In this document: positions 1-15,849 of the stretch, in pieces | How the letters are laid out: every line of letters begins with the position of its first letter | Numbering within the stretch: position 1 is the first letter of the stretch | Assembly: GCF_009914755.1 (NCBI RefSeq) | Contig: NC_060939.1 | Length of the DNA stretch: 64,000 nt | Source of the DNA: the human T2T-CHM13v2.0 reference genome, Homo sapiens | Reading direction: 5' to 3' (one strand) | Made by a program: the position numbers and the translations under genes | Notes under the pieces: generated by a model | Database searches by the model: none | Told to the model about the DNA's origin: nothing | What the model saw: the letters and a program-made list of their open reading frames with translations, nothing else

Positions 1-964
1 AAACCACCTCTTTCTCCACTTCCTTCTTTGTTTGTCTACTTCTTCTTCCTTCCCTCATGCCACTCCTCCCTCCCACTTCCTCTACTTCCCCTGGAACATC
101 ATGAAACACTGTGCTTGCTGATATATTGTATTTGGTTATGTTAGGAGAGCAAAGGAGTATAACATATTGTTCCATTCCCTGGGAAGCTTACCTAGCTAGA
201 TAATATTACAAAATTTTAAGTGTTCTGATCCTCAGAAAGATGAGAGGGAGAGATCAGTAAGGCCTAGGTTAGCAAGGACAGGCTTCATTTAATAAATATT
301 TAATGATGATTTACTGTGTGTAATTTATTTGCATGTTGACTGCCCTGCCTCCCAACCCCTCACCGTTCTGCTACTGTAAGCTCTTCATGTGCAAGTATTG
401 TGTTTGTTTTTTCCAAAATTGTATACCGTCTACCTGTGATACTCAAGGTGGGCACTGGAAAGTATTGTTGAGTGAATGCATAAAAGAATGGCAATTGGAG
501 AATTCTAGGTTTTGCTTCTTTCTTTCAAGGAGATGGTACTTCCGTAGGGAAGCATCACAGGAAGAATGTGATGGATTTGCTTTCAGGGAGGGAAAGGATG
601 CACTCAGTTGGGGTCACTCATTGCTGTTTCCTATTTTGTCTAGTTTAAGAAAGGATGAATTCACCCAGCATTGAAATCAAGTGAAAGGTAATTTACTACT
701 TAGTCATTTATGTGTTTTTATCCCAGCATCCAGCTGTTTCCTGGATCATATTTTATTACAGTTTTTATTTATAGTATGTCTTTGCAAGAAAAACATCCGG
801 TGCAGCAGGGCTTAGCAGTTGGTGTGTAATAATGTGTATTTTAAAGCTACATAGAAGACACTTTTTGCAAGTTTCCCTAGAACAGTGAGAGTATCAAATC
901 CCCTTCCCCATTTTTAAAGCTGTGAAGGATTTCCCTTGAGATTTATGGCTTTAGTACAATGGAA

Positions 965-1135
965 AGTGGATTAGACTTGAGGTTAGTGATCACATGTCTG
1001 AATCTTCACCCTATCACTTCTTAGCAGTGTGGACTTGGTAAATTAATTAACCTGCGTATGGCTCAGTTAAAACTTGCCTCACAAGTGAGAAGGCGTGAGA
1101 GTTAAAGGAAAAAAGATGTCAAGTGTCTGTACTAA
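965..1135 (+). mobile_element. MIR SINE (decayed)
   Basis: Core-like 'cacttcttagcagtgtggacttggtaaattaattaacctgcgtatggctcagtt'. Confidence 0.7.
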
Positions 1136-2809
1136 GAACATGTATTTTTCTTTTTCCATCTCTCCAGTATAAACAATTTTTGTTCTGGAAGTCTATTATT
1201 GCAACTTAGGAAGTAATTTAAATTATTTCATCGGTGTTAATTCTAAATTTTAGCTTCATTTTAAACACTTTGTAGGAATGCCCATATCATATACCTAGTC
1301 CATTTTATTTTGTGATTTCTCCAAAACACCAAAATGCAATGCCAGCTCTCAACATATTGTTCTGTCTTTCGACAGGGATTAGAACTCTCTTGGATTATAA
1401 ATGCATGGATTGCACAGAACATTTTCATGGTACATAATGGGAATGAATTGTTCTTCAAACTTATTTTAGTCCAAAAAAGAACAAATGTTACAAAAGAATC
1501 AGGATAATAGCTACATTTTTTGGAATCCTTCCTTATAGCATTTATTTTCAGTTCTTTCAGAGAAGCTCATGGAAATGCGCAGTCATGTCTGTAGATGGCA
1601 TTCTTGTACCGGATGAAATAAAATGGTAATTAAGTATGCGAGATCTTTCCCAGAACAGTCAACCTGTTTAGTGTTAAGTGCATGCTTAACAATCCATGAT
1701 ACCCATTTTTGGAATTAGGAAATAATGCGTGGGAAGTCGAGATGTATTTTTGGGAAAAAAATAGAGATCAAATACAAACTGATGGGTTCTATAATAATTG
1801 TGGTTTTTTTTTTTAAAGTGTCTTAGAGGAGAAAAGTTGAAAAAGGGTCAAGATGAAAGGCTTCACTTTTATTTTCTGGAAGCGTTTAATTAAACCATAG
1901 AGGACCACAACTAATAGGACTGTGGACTGGTCAATGTCAGCCCTAAGCCACCCCAAAATAAAATTCTGCAATATCCCCCATTCCTTTAACATACCTTGTG
2001 TGATAAAGAACTTTTTATACATTTTTTTTATTTCTTTATGATTAGCTTTTTCCTGGTTTATGTAAACTGTTCACATATTTTTTCTTTCCTTTTTTTTCTT
2101 GAAAAAAAAAACAACAACTGTAATTGGATTTTTGTGTTTCTAATCCTGGCCAGGGTACTAATATTTTGTTGTCGTATATATTTTTGTAGTTTATGAAACA
2201 TTAAGAAAAATTTCACCTAAAAGGGTGTTTTAATAGTCTGATTATTGGAATAAATTATTGGGATAAAAGTGCACTCTTGTCCTGGAAACTGGCATCTGGG
2301 GAACAGCATTACCTACCACATATGATCTAAGACATGTATATGTTGTTTATTCTAAGTTGCCGTTGGTACAAAGAGATTTGAAAACAAGCACCATATTTTT
2401 TCCTCCTAAGAACTGTAATTCCTTTGTTTATTTTTGTTTACCAGAATGTCCAGGGGCCTGTATATCACAACTGCTGGGCTATATCCACTTCCACCAAATC
2501 AGACTGGGACAAATATTTCATCAGCCTTCACTGTTAGCAAATAACACCCAAGTTTTTATCTCTATTTATTATGAACAATGATAATAATTGTTATACATAG
2601 CTGACATTATTAAAAAGACCCAATATTACATAAACGTGATCATAGCTACAATTATGTAAATGTTCTAGTTCTAAGATTATTTAAATTTAGCTTTGTGTAG
2701 AGAAGCCATGCTGCATAGTTTTCTTTTGGTGTTCAACGGAGAAAAATATGATATATACAAAAAATGAAACGCTGGGTCTCATTGGACTGGTGGAGATAGC
2801 CACGGTGAG

Positions 2810-3090
2810 ATCGAGCATTGATTAAAAGATATTTTAGCACCAGCAAGTACTAAGTTCTGTGTTAGGCCCTGCAGAAACAAAACTGGGAAAGATGTAGTCC
2901 CAGCCCTTGAGGGTCAATAACTCAGTGCAGGGGGCAGTAACATGTAAAACCGTAATAAGACAAAGCCAGCATTATAAGATATATAAATACAGGATGTTTT
3001 AGAGTCAAAGAGGACACAACTAATTTTACTTGAATGAGTTGAGTCAATCTTCATGTGTTGGAACTAAGTCTTGAAGATAGTCATCGGAAG
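2810..3090 (-). mobile_element. L2 LINE 3' fragment
   Basis: Antisense L2 3'-end pattern 'ttctgtgttaggccctgcagaaacaaaactgggaaagatgtagtcccagcccttgag'. Confidence 0.6.
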
Positions 3091-3104
3091 ATTTTTTCAA
3101 TTTA

Positions 3105-5720
<2,616 letters not shown>

Positions 5721-7779
5721 TTGAGGTTTTTAAATGTGCAAAAAATTTGAACTAAAGTAAGAATCAAGGTATAATGTGTCATACACATGCAAAATAGAAC
5801 ATATTTTTAATTGTAAAATTGTCTATTTTTCCTAGTAAAATAAAAAGCTTTCACAAAGAATGTTAATATTATCTTGGAATTCTAAATGTTGATTTAACTT
5901 GCTTACTGAGGATATTCACAAAGTATGTTCAGGTGTGAAATTTATGCTTTATTTCTTATCTCATCCTGATTTTGTCTCTTTTCTATATGTATAGCTTCAG
6001 ACAAAAGTGAAGCAAATTAAAGTCCATCCCGCCATCCTTCCAAAGAGCAAAGAAAGTCCATGGAAATTCATCAACATCCAGGTTTCATTGTCTGCCTGTC
6101 TGTCTTTTTTTGACAAATGAATCAGGGACTCAAGTGCTCTAAAGCAGCTCAAGTTGATGATTGATGGCTTATAGTTGACTGTAACATGAATAACTTCTAA
6201 TTTATAGGTGTCTATATATTTTATGCTTGCTCTTCACTTGTAGTTTGAGAAGGACATGCGGGAAATCCCACTCTGTGTTCTCCCAATTCAGTTACACTTG
6301 GACTTTACAATGTAGTCATAGCTCTGACAATGAATTAATTTTTTTCAAATAATCCAAAAGCACAAAAGCAGTATAAGATAAAGGCTTTCCTTTAAGGATA
6401 TGAAAAATATACTGGATAAATAAATGATACCTATATAAAACATTTTTAACAAAGTAAAAAATAGTATGCAATCTTCTTCCAAAATGGATAACATGGCAAA
6501 CAAATATGTTAAAAGTTTAGAAAAGTGAAATATTTGTTTTAATTGATAGAACTTGAACTAGGGCTTATTGGATTTTCATGAAAAGATACATACAGGAGGA
6601 GAGTAAAGATGGGGGATATAGTATAAACAATATTCCCTTTTTTCTTATCATTGTAATTGTGTTGGATCTTCAAGGGAGGAATACACTTTGTAGCAGTGAT
6701 GCTGTGAATGTTTGTGTCCCCCTAAAACTCTGCATGTATAAACTGTTCTCAAATCTTTGGTTCACTCCTCAACAGTACTTACATGAGGGAGGCTCCAAAC
6801 ATTCCGAAGCAACATAACTGGCAGGCTAAAAGAACCAAGTAGTAAGTCTAGATGCTGGCTACCACAAGTGAGACAGATTGTGAAGTTAGTCCAGATGAGT
6901 TAACTAAAAATAACATTCTTCAGAGGAAGATAACAGAATCCAGAGTTTAATACATGTCCACAAACTTCAGTTGAAAATAATAAAAAATATACATGCAAGG
7001 AAATATGAGAAACAGGACCAAAAGTAAAATTAAAAGGCAGTTAATATTAAATAAATCATAAACTTGAGATGTCTACATGTTGCATTTAGCAGATAAAGAC
7101 TTTCAAGCAGTCATATTAAATATGTTCAAGCACTTAAAGGTAAATATGTTTACATTGGAAGAACAGAGGTGGAATATCAGTATCTGTCTCTATCTCTCTA
7201 AATATCTATCTATCATCTATCAAGAGTGCAAAGTGGAAATTTGAAATACAGTTTCTATTGAATGCATATTGCTTTTATACCATCATAAAATCATAAGTTG
7301 AGATATCATAAGTTGGGGAACATTATGTATTGTTAAGAGGTGAATTCTCCCCTAAATTAATGTATGTTTTCAGTGAAATACCAAAGTCTCAAGAGGCTGT
7401 TTTATATTAAATGACAAAGTATTTAAAAATCTATATGGACATATAGAAGACAGAATAAGCAAAACAATCTTGAAAATGATGCCTATAATTGGAGCATTTA
7501 CACTATTTGACATCAAAGTTTAAATTAAAGCCAGAGTATTCAGTAGTGTATGGAACTGACACGAGAATAGACAGATAGATCACTAAAGCAAAAAAGTAAG
7601 TTCAATGAACTTTTAGCAAAGTTGCCAAAGCAATTCAGTTGGTAAAGGAAAGCACTGTTAATAAATGATTTAAAAACACTGTTCAATTGAATGTGTCTTT
7701 GTGTGTGTATGTGTGTGTATGTCACACCATACATACAAATCAATTCATGATGAATCATAGACTTAAACATAAATACAAA

Positions 7780-8125
7780 ATCTAAGAGTGGAAAGATGGT
7801 TACCAGAGGCAAGAAAGGGGAGTGGGGAGGGGGAAATAAAGAGCAGTTGTTGAATGGGTAGAAACATGTAGTTAGATAGACAAAGTAAGATCTAGTGTTT
7901 GGTGGCATAATAGGGTGACTATAAGTAACAATAAATCTATATTTCAAAATAACTAAAATAGTGGAATTGGAATGTTTCTAACCAAATAAATGATAAATGC
8001 TTGTGGTGGTAGATATCCCAATTACCCTGATGTGATCATTACACGTTGTGTGTTTATATCAACATATCAGGTGTATCCCATAAATATATACAACTATTAT
8101 GTATTGATAGAAATTATTTTAAAAA
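7780..8125 (+). mobile_element. L1MA-type 3' end nested in older L1M
   Basis: 'gatggttaccagaggc...gatatcccaattaccctgatgtgatcattacacgttg...cccataaatatatacaactattatgt' matches the L1MA 3'UTR. Confidence 0.8.
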
Positions 8126-8461
8126 GTATAAAACCTGTAAAGCTTTTAAAAGAATACAAAAATATATCTTCTCGACTTACAGCACAGTAAAGAATAACCA
8201 AAACATTAAAAATGCTATGTAAACTGCATCCAAATGAAAAGTATTCTCATGAAAAGACACTTATAATATGCACACAGGCACAAATTAGAACAAATATGCA
8301 TAAAATCTATATTGGGCAAAGGCTGGTCTAGAATATATAAAGAACTCCTACAGTTTAATTATTAAAAGACAAACAAATAGAAGAACAAAGGACATGAATA
8401 GACACTTAGATCATAAAGGAAGATATATGAAATATGAAATGGCAGTTAGCATATACAGATT

Positions 8462-8541
8462 GCTCAGTTGTTAGTCATCATGGAAATGTAAATCAAGACC
8501 ATAGCTCAGTTATTAGTTATCATGGAAATGTAAATCAAGAC
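8462..8541. repeat. 42-bp-period tandem duplication
   Basis: gctcagtt(g/a)ttagt(c/t)atcatggaaatgtaaatcaagac at 8462 and 8504. Confidence 0.9.
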
Positions 8542-9259
8542 TGCAATGAGATATCATGCCACATAAATTAAATCAGCTGAAATTAAAGACTTAAACTGAT
8601 TCTTACTGAGCATATAGAATAACTCCTATATTGATTGAAGTTTAGAATGATATAATCACTTTGGAATGTGTTTTTGACACTTTATTATAGTTATACACAA
8701 CCCTTACTCATTAACTTGGCAATATATCACTAGATATTTACCCGAGATAAATTAAAATATATCCATATAAAGACTTGTTTATACGTACTCACAGCATCAT
8801 TATTCAAAATAGCCCAACATGGTAAAATGGAAATATCCATCAACAGCAGAAAAGGTAACCTAACTGGTGTATTTACACAATGAGTTCTGAATATAATAGA
8901 AAGAAACAAACTAGTGATACATGCAACAACATGGCTGAATAGCAAAAGCATTATGCTGAGTGAAATAAGCCAACATACGATTCCATTTACATGAAGTACT
9001 TAATATTGAAATCTAGTGGTGCACAAATCAGAACATTGGTGCTTTGTGTAGAGTGGAAAGATAACTTTCTCAGATTACCTTAATGTTTCTTATCTTTATA
9101 GATTATTGGAGTGTGCATTTTCAAAAACTCATTGAATGGTGCATTTAAGGTTTGTGCATTTCACTGTATATCACTACTCACACTCACCCCTCATACATAC
9201 ACAATAACTGTGTATGAGGGGTGACTGTTAGTGACATATAATATACAAATAATGACATA

Positions 9260-10510
9260 TTAACAAGTAATGAACAGTTAATAGATTTTTTTTATTTTGT
9301 AGTGGTGTGGGATAGCAATCCTGAAACTATTTTCTGGCACTTTAGTTGCAATCAAATGAATGAATATATTGAGGATGATAGGAGGAGCTATTCCTAACTG
9401 TTAGAGAATGTGTACTAATATGGAAAAGGGAAAGACAAATTTTAACTTTGTTTTATTGGACTGGAATTGGAACTATAATATTAATGTTCTTCCAATATAG
9501 ATAGGTAGGTAGGTAGGTGGGAAGATAGATAGAGACACACAGATACACACACACAAATACTTCCGTGTTCTACTTTTTAACAGTACCTAGCAGCAATGTC
9601 ATATTGATTGCAATGATCATAACTATCTCACAGATCCTGGTTTTCAAATATCATTCTCCAATAAAAATAATGAGGACTCCTTGGATAAATGGATGGTTCC
9701 AGGGCCTGGGTAGGTAAACTACAACATCTACCTAGAATATTTTTTTCCAGAAAGTAAATGGTTTCTCAAAGAATGTCAGATACAGGTGGAAAGCACCTAA
9801 GGGCCAAACTGAAGAGGCTCCAAATGTACACACCCGGCACAATTTGAGTATCAGAAATGAGTAACTACAGTAAAAGATCATAATGTGTTTAATAAAGTAG
9901 GAATCTATGAACCCAAACTGATATAAGGAAATGAATAAATGAGAGAGAAAGGAAGTTCTTCCTTGCAATAGAATATCAACAAAATATGTAGAAAAAAAGA
10001 AGAGGTTAGAAAGTCACTAAATTGTAGGTATAATAATAATAATTGCCTCAGCCAAGAATGATCAATATGTGCTACCACTAATGGGTAATATTTTGATAAG
10101 GGGCATCATTATCATCATCGTTTCCAATCGGAAACTAAATATGAAGGAGATTCCAAAAAGAAGTAGGCTTTTCTCTTTGAAAATTTTAAGGGGAAGAATG
10201 ACAAATAAGAGCAGAAAAAAGACTTACTTCATATTAGAGACTAAAGCAATATGATAGTAAGGCAACAAAATGCAGGATCATGGACCGGATCCAAGATTGG
10301 ATCCTATACTGGGAAAAACTATTGAGGACATAATGAGAATGATTTATGTTAATATTAAATTTATTGATTTTGATAATTATTGTGTGATTGAATATGAAAA
10401 TTTCCTTGTTCTTAGGAAACAATATATACACTGGAGTGTACGTGGGAGAGTGAGAAAGAATGAGTAAATAGAGCAAAGTAAATAGAGCAAAATGTAAATA
10501 ATTAGTTTAT
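9260..10510 (+). mobile_element. L1MC/MD-like long 3'UTR fragment
   Basis: 'ggactccttggataaatggatggttccagggcctggg' and 'ttaatattaaatttattgattttgataatt...ccttgttcttaggaaa'. Confidence 0.6.
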
Positions 10511-10515
10511 CTTGG

Positions 10516-10965
10516 TGTATTAGGGTTCTCTTAGAGGGGCATAAGTAACAGGAGATATATATATATATATATAAAATAAACTCCCATATATATATATATA
10601 TATATATAATTTACACAATCACAAGGCCCCATAATAGGCTGTCTGCAAGCTGAGGAGCAAGGAGAGCCAGTCTGAGTGAATCCCAAAACTTGGAGTCTGC
10701 TGTTCCAGGGCAGGAAGCATCCAGAATGGGAGAAAGATGCAGGCTGGGAGGCTAGGACCATCTCTCATTTTCACGTTTTTCTGTCTGCTTTATATTCCCT
10801 GGAAGCTGATTAGATTGTGCCCACTAGATTAAGGGTGGATCTGCCTTCCCCAGCCCACTGACTCAAATGTTAATCTCTTTTGGCAACACCCACAGAGACA
10901 CACCCAGAATTAATATTTTGTATCCCTCAATCCAATCAAGTTGACACTCAGTATTAACCGTCACA
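10516..10965 (-). mobile_element. MLT2A1-like solo LTR (HERV-L)
   Basis: TG...CA ends; minus strand begins TGTGACGGTTAATACTGAGTGTCAACTTGATTGGATTG; 5-bp TSD CTTGG at 10511-10515 and 10966-10970; internal (TA)n. Confidence 0.9.
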
Positions 10966-11201
10966 CTTGGCAAAAGTTATATTAGTGTCTAGAGTCTGTA
11001 CAATTTTTGAAAATTTTCTATAAATTTGAAATTATATTGAAATACATAGGTAAAAATGCACACCTAACTTTTTCCATTGCTAATTATATAGTGTTGGTTC
11101 TGGAGAATGATGGCTAATATATTACTAATCCTAAAAGTTTGAAAAAAAATCCAGCTTGCCTTCTTAGAAAACTAAAAATATATTAAGTAAAGAAAATTAG
11201 C

Positions 11202-11450
11202 AGGTTGTTCAGCTTCCATGTAGTTGTGCAGTTTTGAGTGAGTTTCTTAATCCTGAATTCTAATTTGATTGCACTGTGGTCTGAGAGACTGTTGTTATGA
11301 TTTCTGTTCTTTTGCATTTGCTGAGGAGTGTTTTACTTCCAATGATGTGGCCAATTTTATAATAAGTATGATGAGGTGCTGAGAAGAATGTATATTCTGT
11401 TGATTTGGAGTGGAGAGTTCTGTAGATGTCTATTAGGTCTGCTTGGTCCA
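11202..11450 (-). mobile_element. Inverted 5' segment of L1PA (ORF2 endonuclease C-terminal part)
   Basis: Minus-strand translation [29 protein letters not shown] matches the L1 ORF2 endonuclease domain. Confidence 0.95.
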
Positions 11451-13877
11451 ATATCCCTGATGAACATCAGTGCAAAAATCTTCAATAAAATACTGGCAAA
11501 CCGAATCCAGCAGCATATCAAAAAGCTTATCTACCACGATCAAGTCGGCTTCATCCCTGGGATGCAAGGCTGGTTCAACACACGCAAATCAATATATGGA
11601 ATCCATCACATAAACAGAACCAATGACAAAAACCACATGGTTATCTCAATAGATGCAGAAAAGGCCTTCAACAAAATTCAACACCCCTTGATGCTAAAAA
11701 CTCTTAATAAACTAGGTATCGATGGAATGTATCTCAAAATAAGAGCTATTTATGACAAACCCACAGCCAATATCACACTGAATGGGCAAAAACTGGAAGC
11801 ATTCCCTTTGAAAACTGGCACAAGCCCTTCTCACCACTCCTATTCAACATAGTGTTGGAAGTTCTGGCCAGGCCAATCAGGCAAGAGAAAGAAATAAAGG
11901 GTACTCAATTAGGAAAAGAGGAAGTCAAATTGTCCCTGTTTGCAGATGACATGAGTATATATTTAGAAAATCCCATCATCTCAGCCCAAAATCTCCTTAA
12001 GCTGATAAGCAACTTCAGCAAAGTCTCAGGATTCAAAATCAATGTGCAAAATTCACAAGCATTCCTATACACCAATAACAAACAAACAGAGAGCCAAATC
12101 ATGAGTGAACTCCCATTCACAATTGCTAAAAAGAGAATAAAATACCTAGGAACACAACTTATAAGGGATGTGAAGGGCCTCTTCAAGGAGAACTACAAAC
12201 CACTGCTCAAGGAAATAAGAGAAGACATACATAAGGAAATACATTCCATGCTCATGGATAGGAAGAATCAATATTGTGAAAATGGCCATATTGCCCAAAG
12301 TAATTTATAGATTCAATGCTATCCCCATCGAGCTACCATTGACTTTCTTCGCAGAATTGGAAAAAACTACTTTAAATTTATTATGGAACCAAAAAAGCCT
12401 GCATAGCCAAGACAATCCTAATCAAAAAGAACAAAGCTGGAGGCATCACACTACCTGACTTCAAACTATACTACAAGGCTACAGTAACCAAAACAGCATG
12501 GTGCTGGTACCAAAACAGACATATAGACCAACGGAACAGAACAGAGGCCTCAGACATAACACCACACATCTACAACCATCTGATCTTTGACAAAAGTGAC
12601 AAAAACAAGAAATGGGGAAAGGATTCTCTATTTAATAAATGGTGTTAGGAAAACTGGCTAGCCATATGCAAAAAACTGAAACTGGACCCCTTCCTTACAC
12701 CTTATACAAAAATAAACTCAAGATGAATTAAAGACTTAAACCTAAGACCTAAAACCATAAAAATCTTAGAAGAAAACCTAGGCAATACCATTGAGGACAT
12801 AGGCATGGGCAAAGACTTCATGACTAAACCACCAAAAGTAATGGCAACAAAAGCCAAAATTGACAAATGGGATCTAACTAAACTAAAGAGCTTCTGCACA
12901 GCAAAGGAAACTATCATCAGAGTGAACAGGCAACCTACAGAATGGGAGAAAATTTTTGCAATCTACTCATCTGACAAACGGCTGATATCCAGAACCTACA
13001 AAGAACTTAAACAAATTTACAAGAAAACAACCCCACCAAAAAGTGGGCGAAGGATATGAACAGGCATTTCTCAAAAGAAGACCTTTATGCGGCCAATGAA
13101 CATATGAAAAAAAGCTCATCATCACTGGTCATTAGAGAAATGCAAACCAAAACCACAATGAGATACCATCTTATGCCAGTTAGAATGGCAATCATTAAAA
13201 AGTCAGGAAACAACAGATGCTGGAGAGGATGTGGAGAAATAGGAATGCTTTTACACTGTTGGTGGGAGTGTTAATTAGTTCAACCATTGTGGAAGACAGT
13301 GTGGCAATTCCTCAAGGATCTAGTACCGGAAATACCATTTGACCCAGCGATCTCATTACTGGGTATACACCTAAAGGGTTATAAATCATGCTACTCTAAA
13401 GATACATGCATACGTATGTTTATTGCAGCACTATTCACAATAGCAAAAACTGGAACCAATCCAAATGCCCTTCAATGATAGACTGGATAAAGACAATGTG
13501 GCACATATATGCCATGGAATACTATGCAGCCATAAAGAGGATGAGTTCATGTCCTTTGCAGGGACATGGATGAAGTGGGAAACCATCATTCTCAGCAAAC
13601 TAACACAAGAACAGAAAACCAAACACCACATGTTCTCACACATAAGTGGGAGTTGAACAATGAGAACACATGGACACAGGGAGGGGAACATCACACACCG
13701 GGGCCTGTTGGTGGGTGGGGGATGGGGGTGGGGGAGGGACAGCATTAGGAGAAATACCTAATGTAGATGACAGGTTGATGGGTACAGCAAACCACCATGG
13801 TACGTGTATACCTATGTAACAAAACTGCACATTCTGCACATGTACCCTAGAAGTTAAAGTATAATAATAAAAAAAAA
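11448..13877 (+). mobile_element. 5'-truncated L1PA (L1PA6/7-like): frameshifted ORF2 RT/C-terminus, 3'UTR and poly-A
   Basis: [34 protein letters not shown] and CWRGCGEIG motifs split over several frames; TSD AAAGAAAATTAGC at 11189-11201 and 13875-13887 brackets the inverted and sense parts together. Confidence 0.97.
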
Positions 13878-15849
13878 GAAAATTAGCTAAATCCATTAGG
13901 AGGAGGAAAACTGAGTCATTATAAATCTTTTAGAACTAGAACTTTACAGTTCTTTAACCACACCATTTACTAATGTCTTGACCTGCCATGGTTACTCTGC
14001 TTTGTAGTTTATTTAAAGATAAAAATAAATGCATTTAAAGTGATAGTGTGGGGGAATGATCACAGAAGAAAACACTGAGCACTAAGAATAAATTTAAATA
14101 TTGTATGTCACTATGTACTCAGAAAAATTTTGACAATAAATACTCTAAATGTTGTAATTAGAAACTATTGAATAGTGATATTATATAGGAGGTTGATATC
14201 ATAAATATCGACATTAAAATAATTATTTTTCAGAAAGTCACTACTTTTTAATAGTTTTGACCTCCATTCCTTTTCATTTAAACTTTTCAGTTTTCATTTG
14301 CTGATGTTTTATATTAAATTTATGAACCCTTTCTTCATCTGCAGTACAGCAAATTTTCTTGCTGTATTTCAGAGACAGGAGCATACATTTAGATTTGGTG
14401 GCAATGTTGGTTTACCTCTGGCCATATATGTAAAAAATATCTGTTCTGCTTAAAATATAGCACTTCATATTACTATTAATATTTCAATTATGAATATATA
14501 CTGAGTGATCTATAGATTAGCTCTTTTTGATATAAGTATATTCATAAAATCATGGGTGCTCATTAATCATAAATTTATTTCATAATATAAATGTGAATTC
14601 AATCTTTAGGCAAATTTTAATGCACTTTTAAATATCATATGACATATATTTTGAAGTTCACTTTATGTTTAAGAAAATACCTTTTCTGTTCACATTTACC
14701 ATCATATTTACACTCACTTCCTTCAGAATTCTTAGTTTTAATTAATCCCAGTCCCTGACTGGGACAAATTATTCAGACTCAAAATATTTTATTTACTACT
14801 TTAAATATATTTAAATGTTTTTTAAAATATATTTTTTAAAACTTTAAAAGCATTATTATGCTCAAATAAGAAATCTGTTCCCATTCTATATAGCAGTTAA
14901 ATTTTTGGTTTCTTATAATAATTTGGCCAAATTATTTGCTAAATTGTTTTTGCCAAATTGAATAATTTGGAGGTTTTGAATAATCAGGGGTTTTTGAAAG
15001 TACTTATATCAGAAATTAAAAGTAAGATATATGATAATTTAACATTTCAATATATATATTTATATTTATATATTGAGTCAAATTTATATTTAAATATATA
15101 AGAGAAATATACATATATCTTTTACTCCCAAGACAAATTAAAATTTTCTAAATTGTGTTCACCAGTAACTTTCTGATAAATCAAATGAATATCTAAATTA
15201 CTATTAGAAACACCTATTTTTAATTTTCTTTTATTAAAAAATTTTAGAGATCTCTGTTTTCAAAGGACCTTGTCAAGATCTCATTGTACGGGAAATCAAA
15301 ATTAACCAAAAACTTTTTGATCTGATTGCCTTTCATCTGTGAAACTCAATTATGGTTTTATTATTGGGAATGAGGAAAGTTACTCCCTGAATGACAATAT
15401 GGGTCAAAATCACCTTTATGCTTGTTAGAGATGATGCTCATCCAGAGACCTTTAGCTTAATGACCCAGCTTCTTGTGCCTCAGTTACAGTCTGGGACTGC
15501 TGCAGGAACTTAAGAAGCTTCATTAGTCTTTTAGGCCACAGGGGAAACATTAAATTAACAAAAAAGGAAGGAAAAAACAAAAATATCATGTCAATAACCA
15601 CAAAGAGGCCCTAGTCTGTTGCATTTCTAGTACCTTAGCTATGAAATACCACACGGAGTTGTGTTTTGGTAAATTTTGTGTAACTTCTGCTGTCATTTAA
15701 CTTTCAACATGTCTAACTCTGTTACATAGTATTTCATGGTAATAACTTTTTTGAAGTTAGAAAATTATTATGTCATACTCATATTCTGAGCTCCAGTTGC
15801 CTTCACTGCAAAGTGGAAGCTGGCTCTAATATGGCTGAGGAGGAATCCT

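Larger units (their letters stand above)
6740..9170 (+). mobile_element. Old L1M fragments (sense)
   Basis: A-rich ORF2/3' motifs 'ggaaatgtaaatcaagactgcaatgagatatc' and 'atacatgcaacaacatggctgaat...attatgctgagtgaaataagcc'. Confidence 0.75.

Noticed and set aside
727-2532. Resemblance of an alternative all-phase-0 splice (CRWHSC...NCWA...WDKYFISL) to HCN/CNG channel S5-pore
   Set aside because: Needs two stops, the S5-equivalent is charged, no GYG/TIG filter follows, and the exon sizes do not fit; likely coincidence.
11260-13896. Dense ORF cluster as a possible gene or operon-like system
   Set aside because: All are frameshifted pieces of one dead L1 ORF2/3'UTR, or their antisense.
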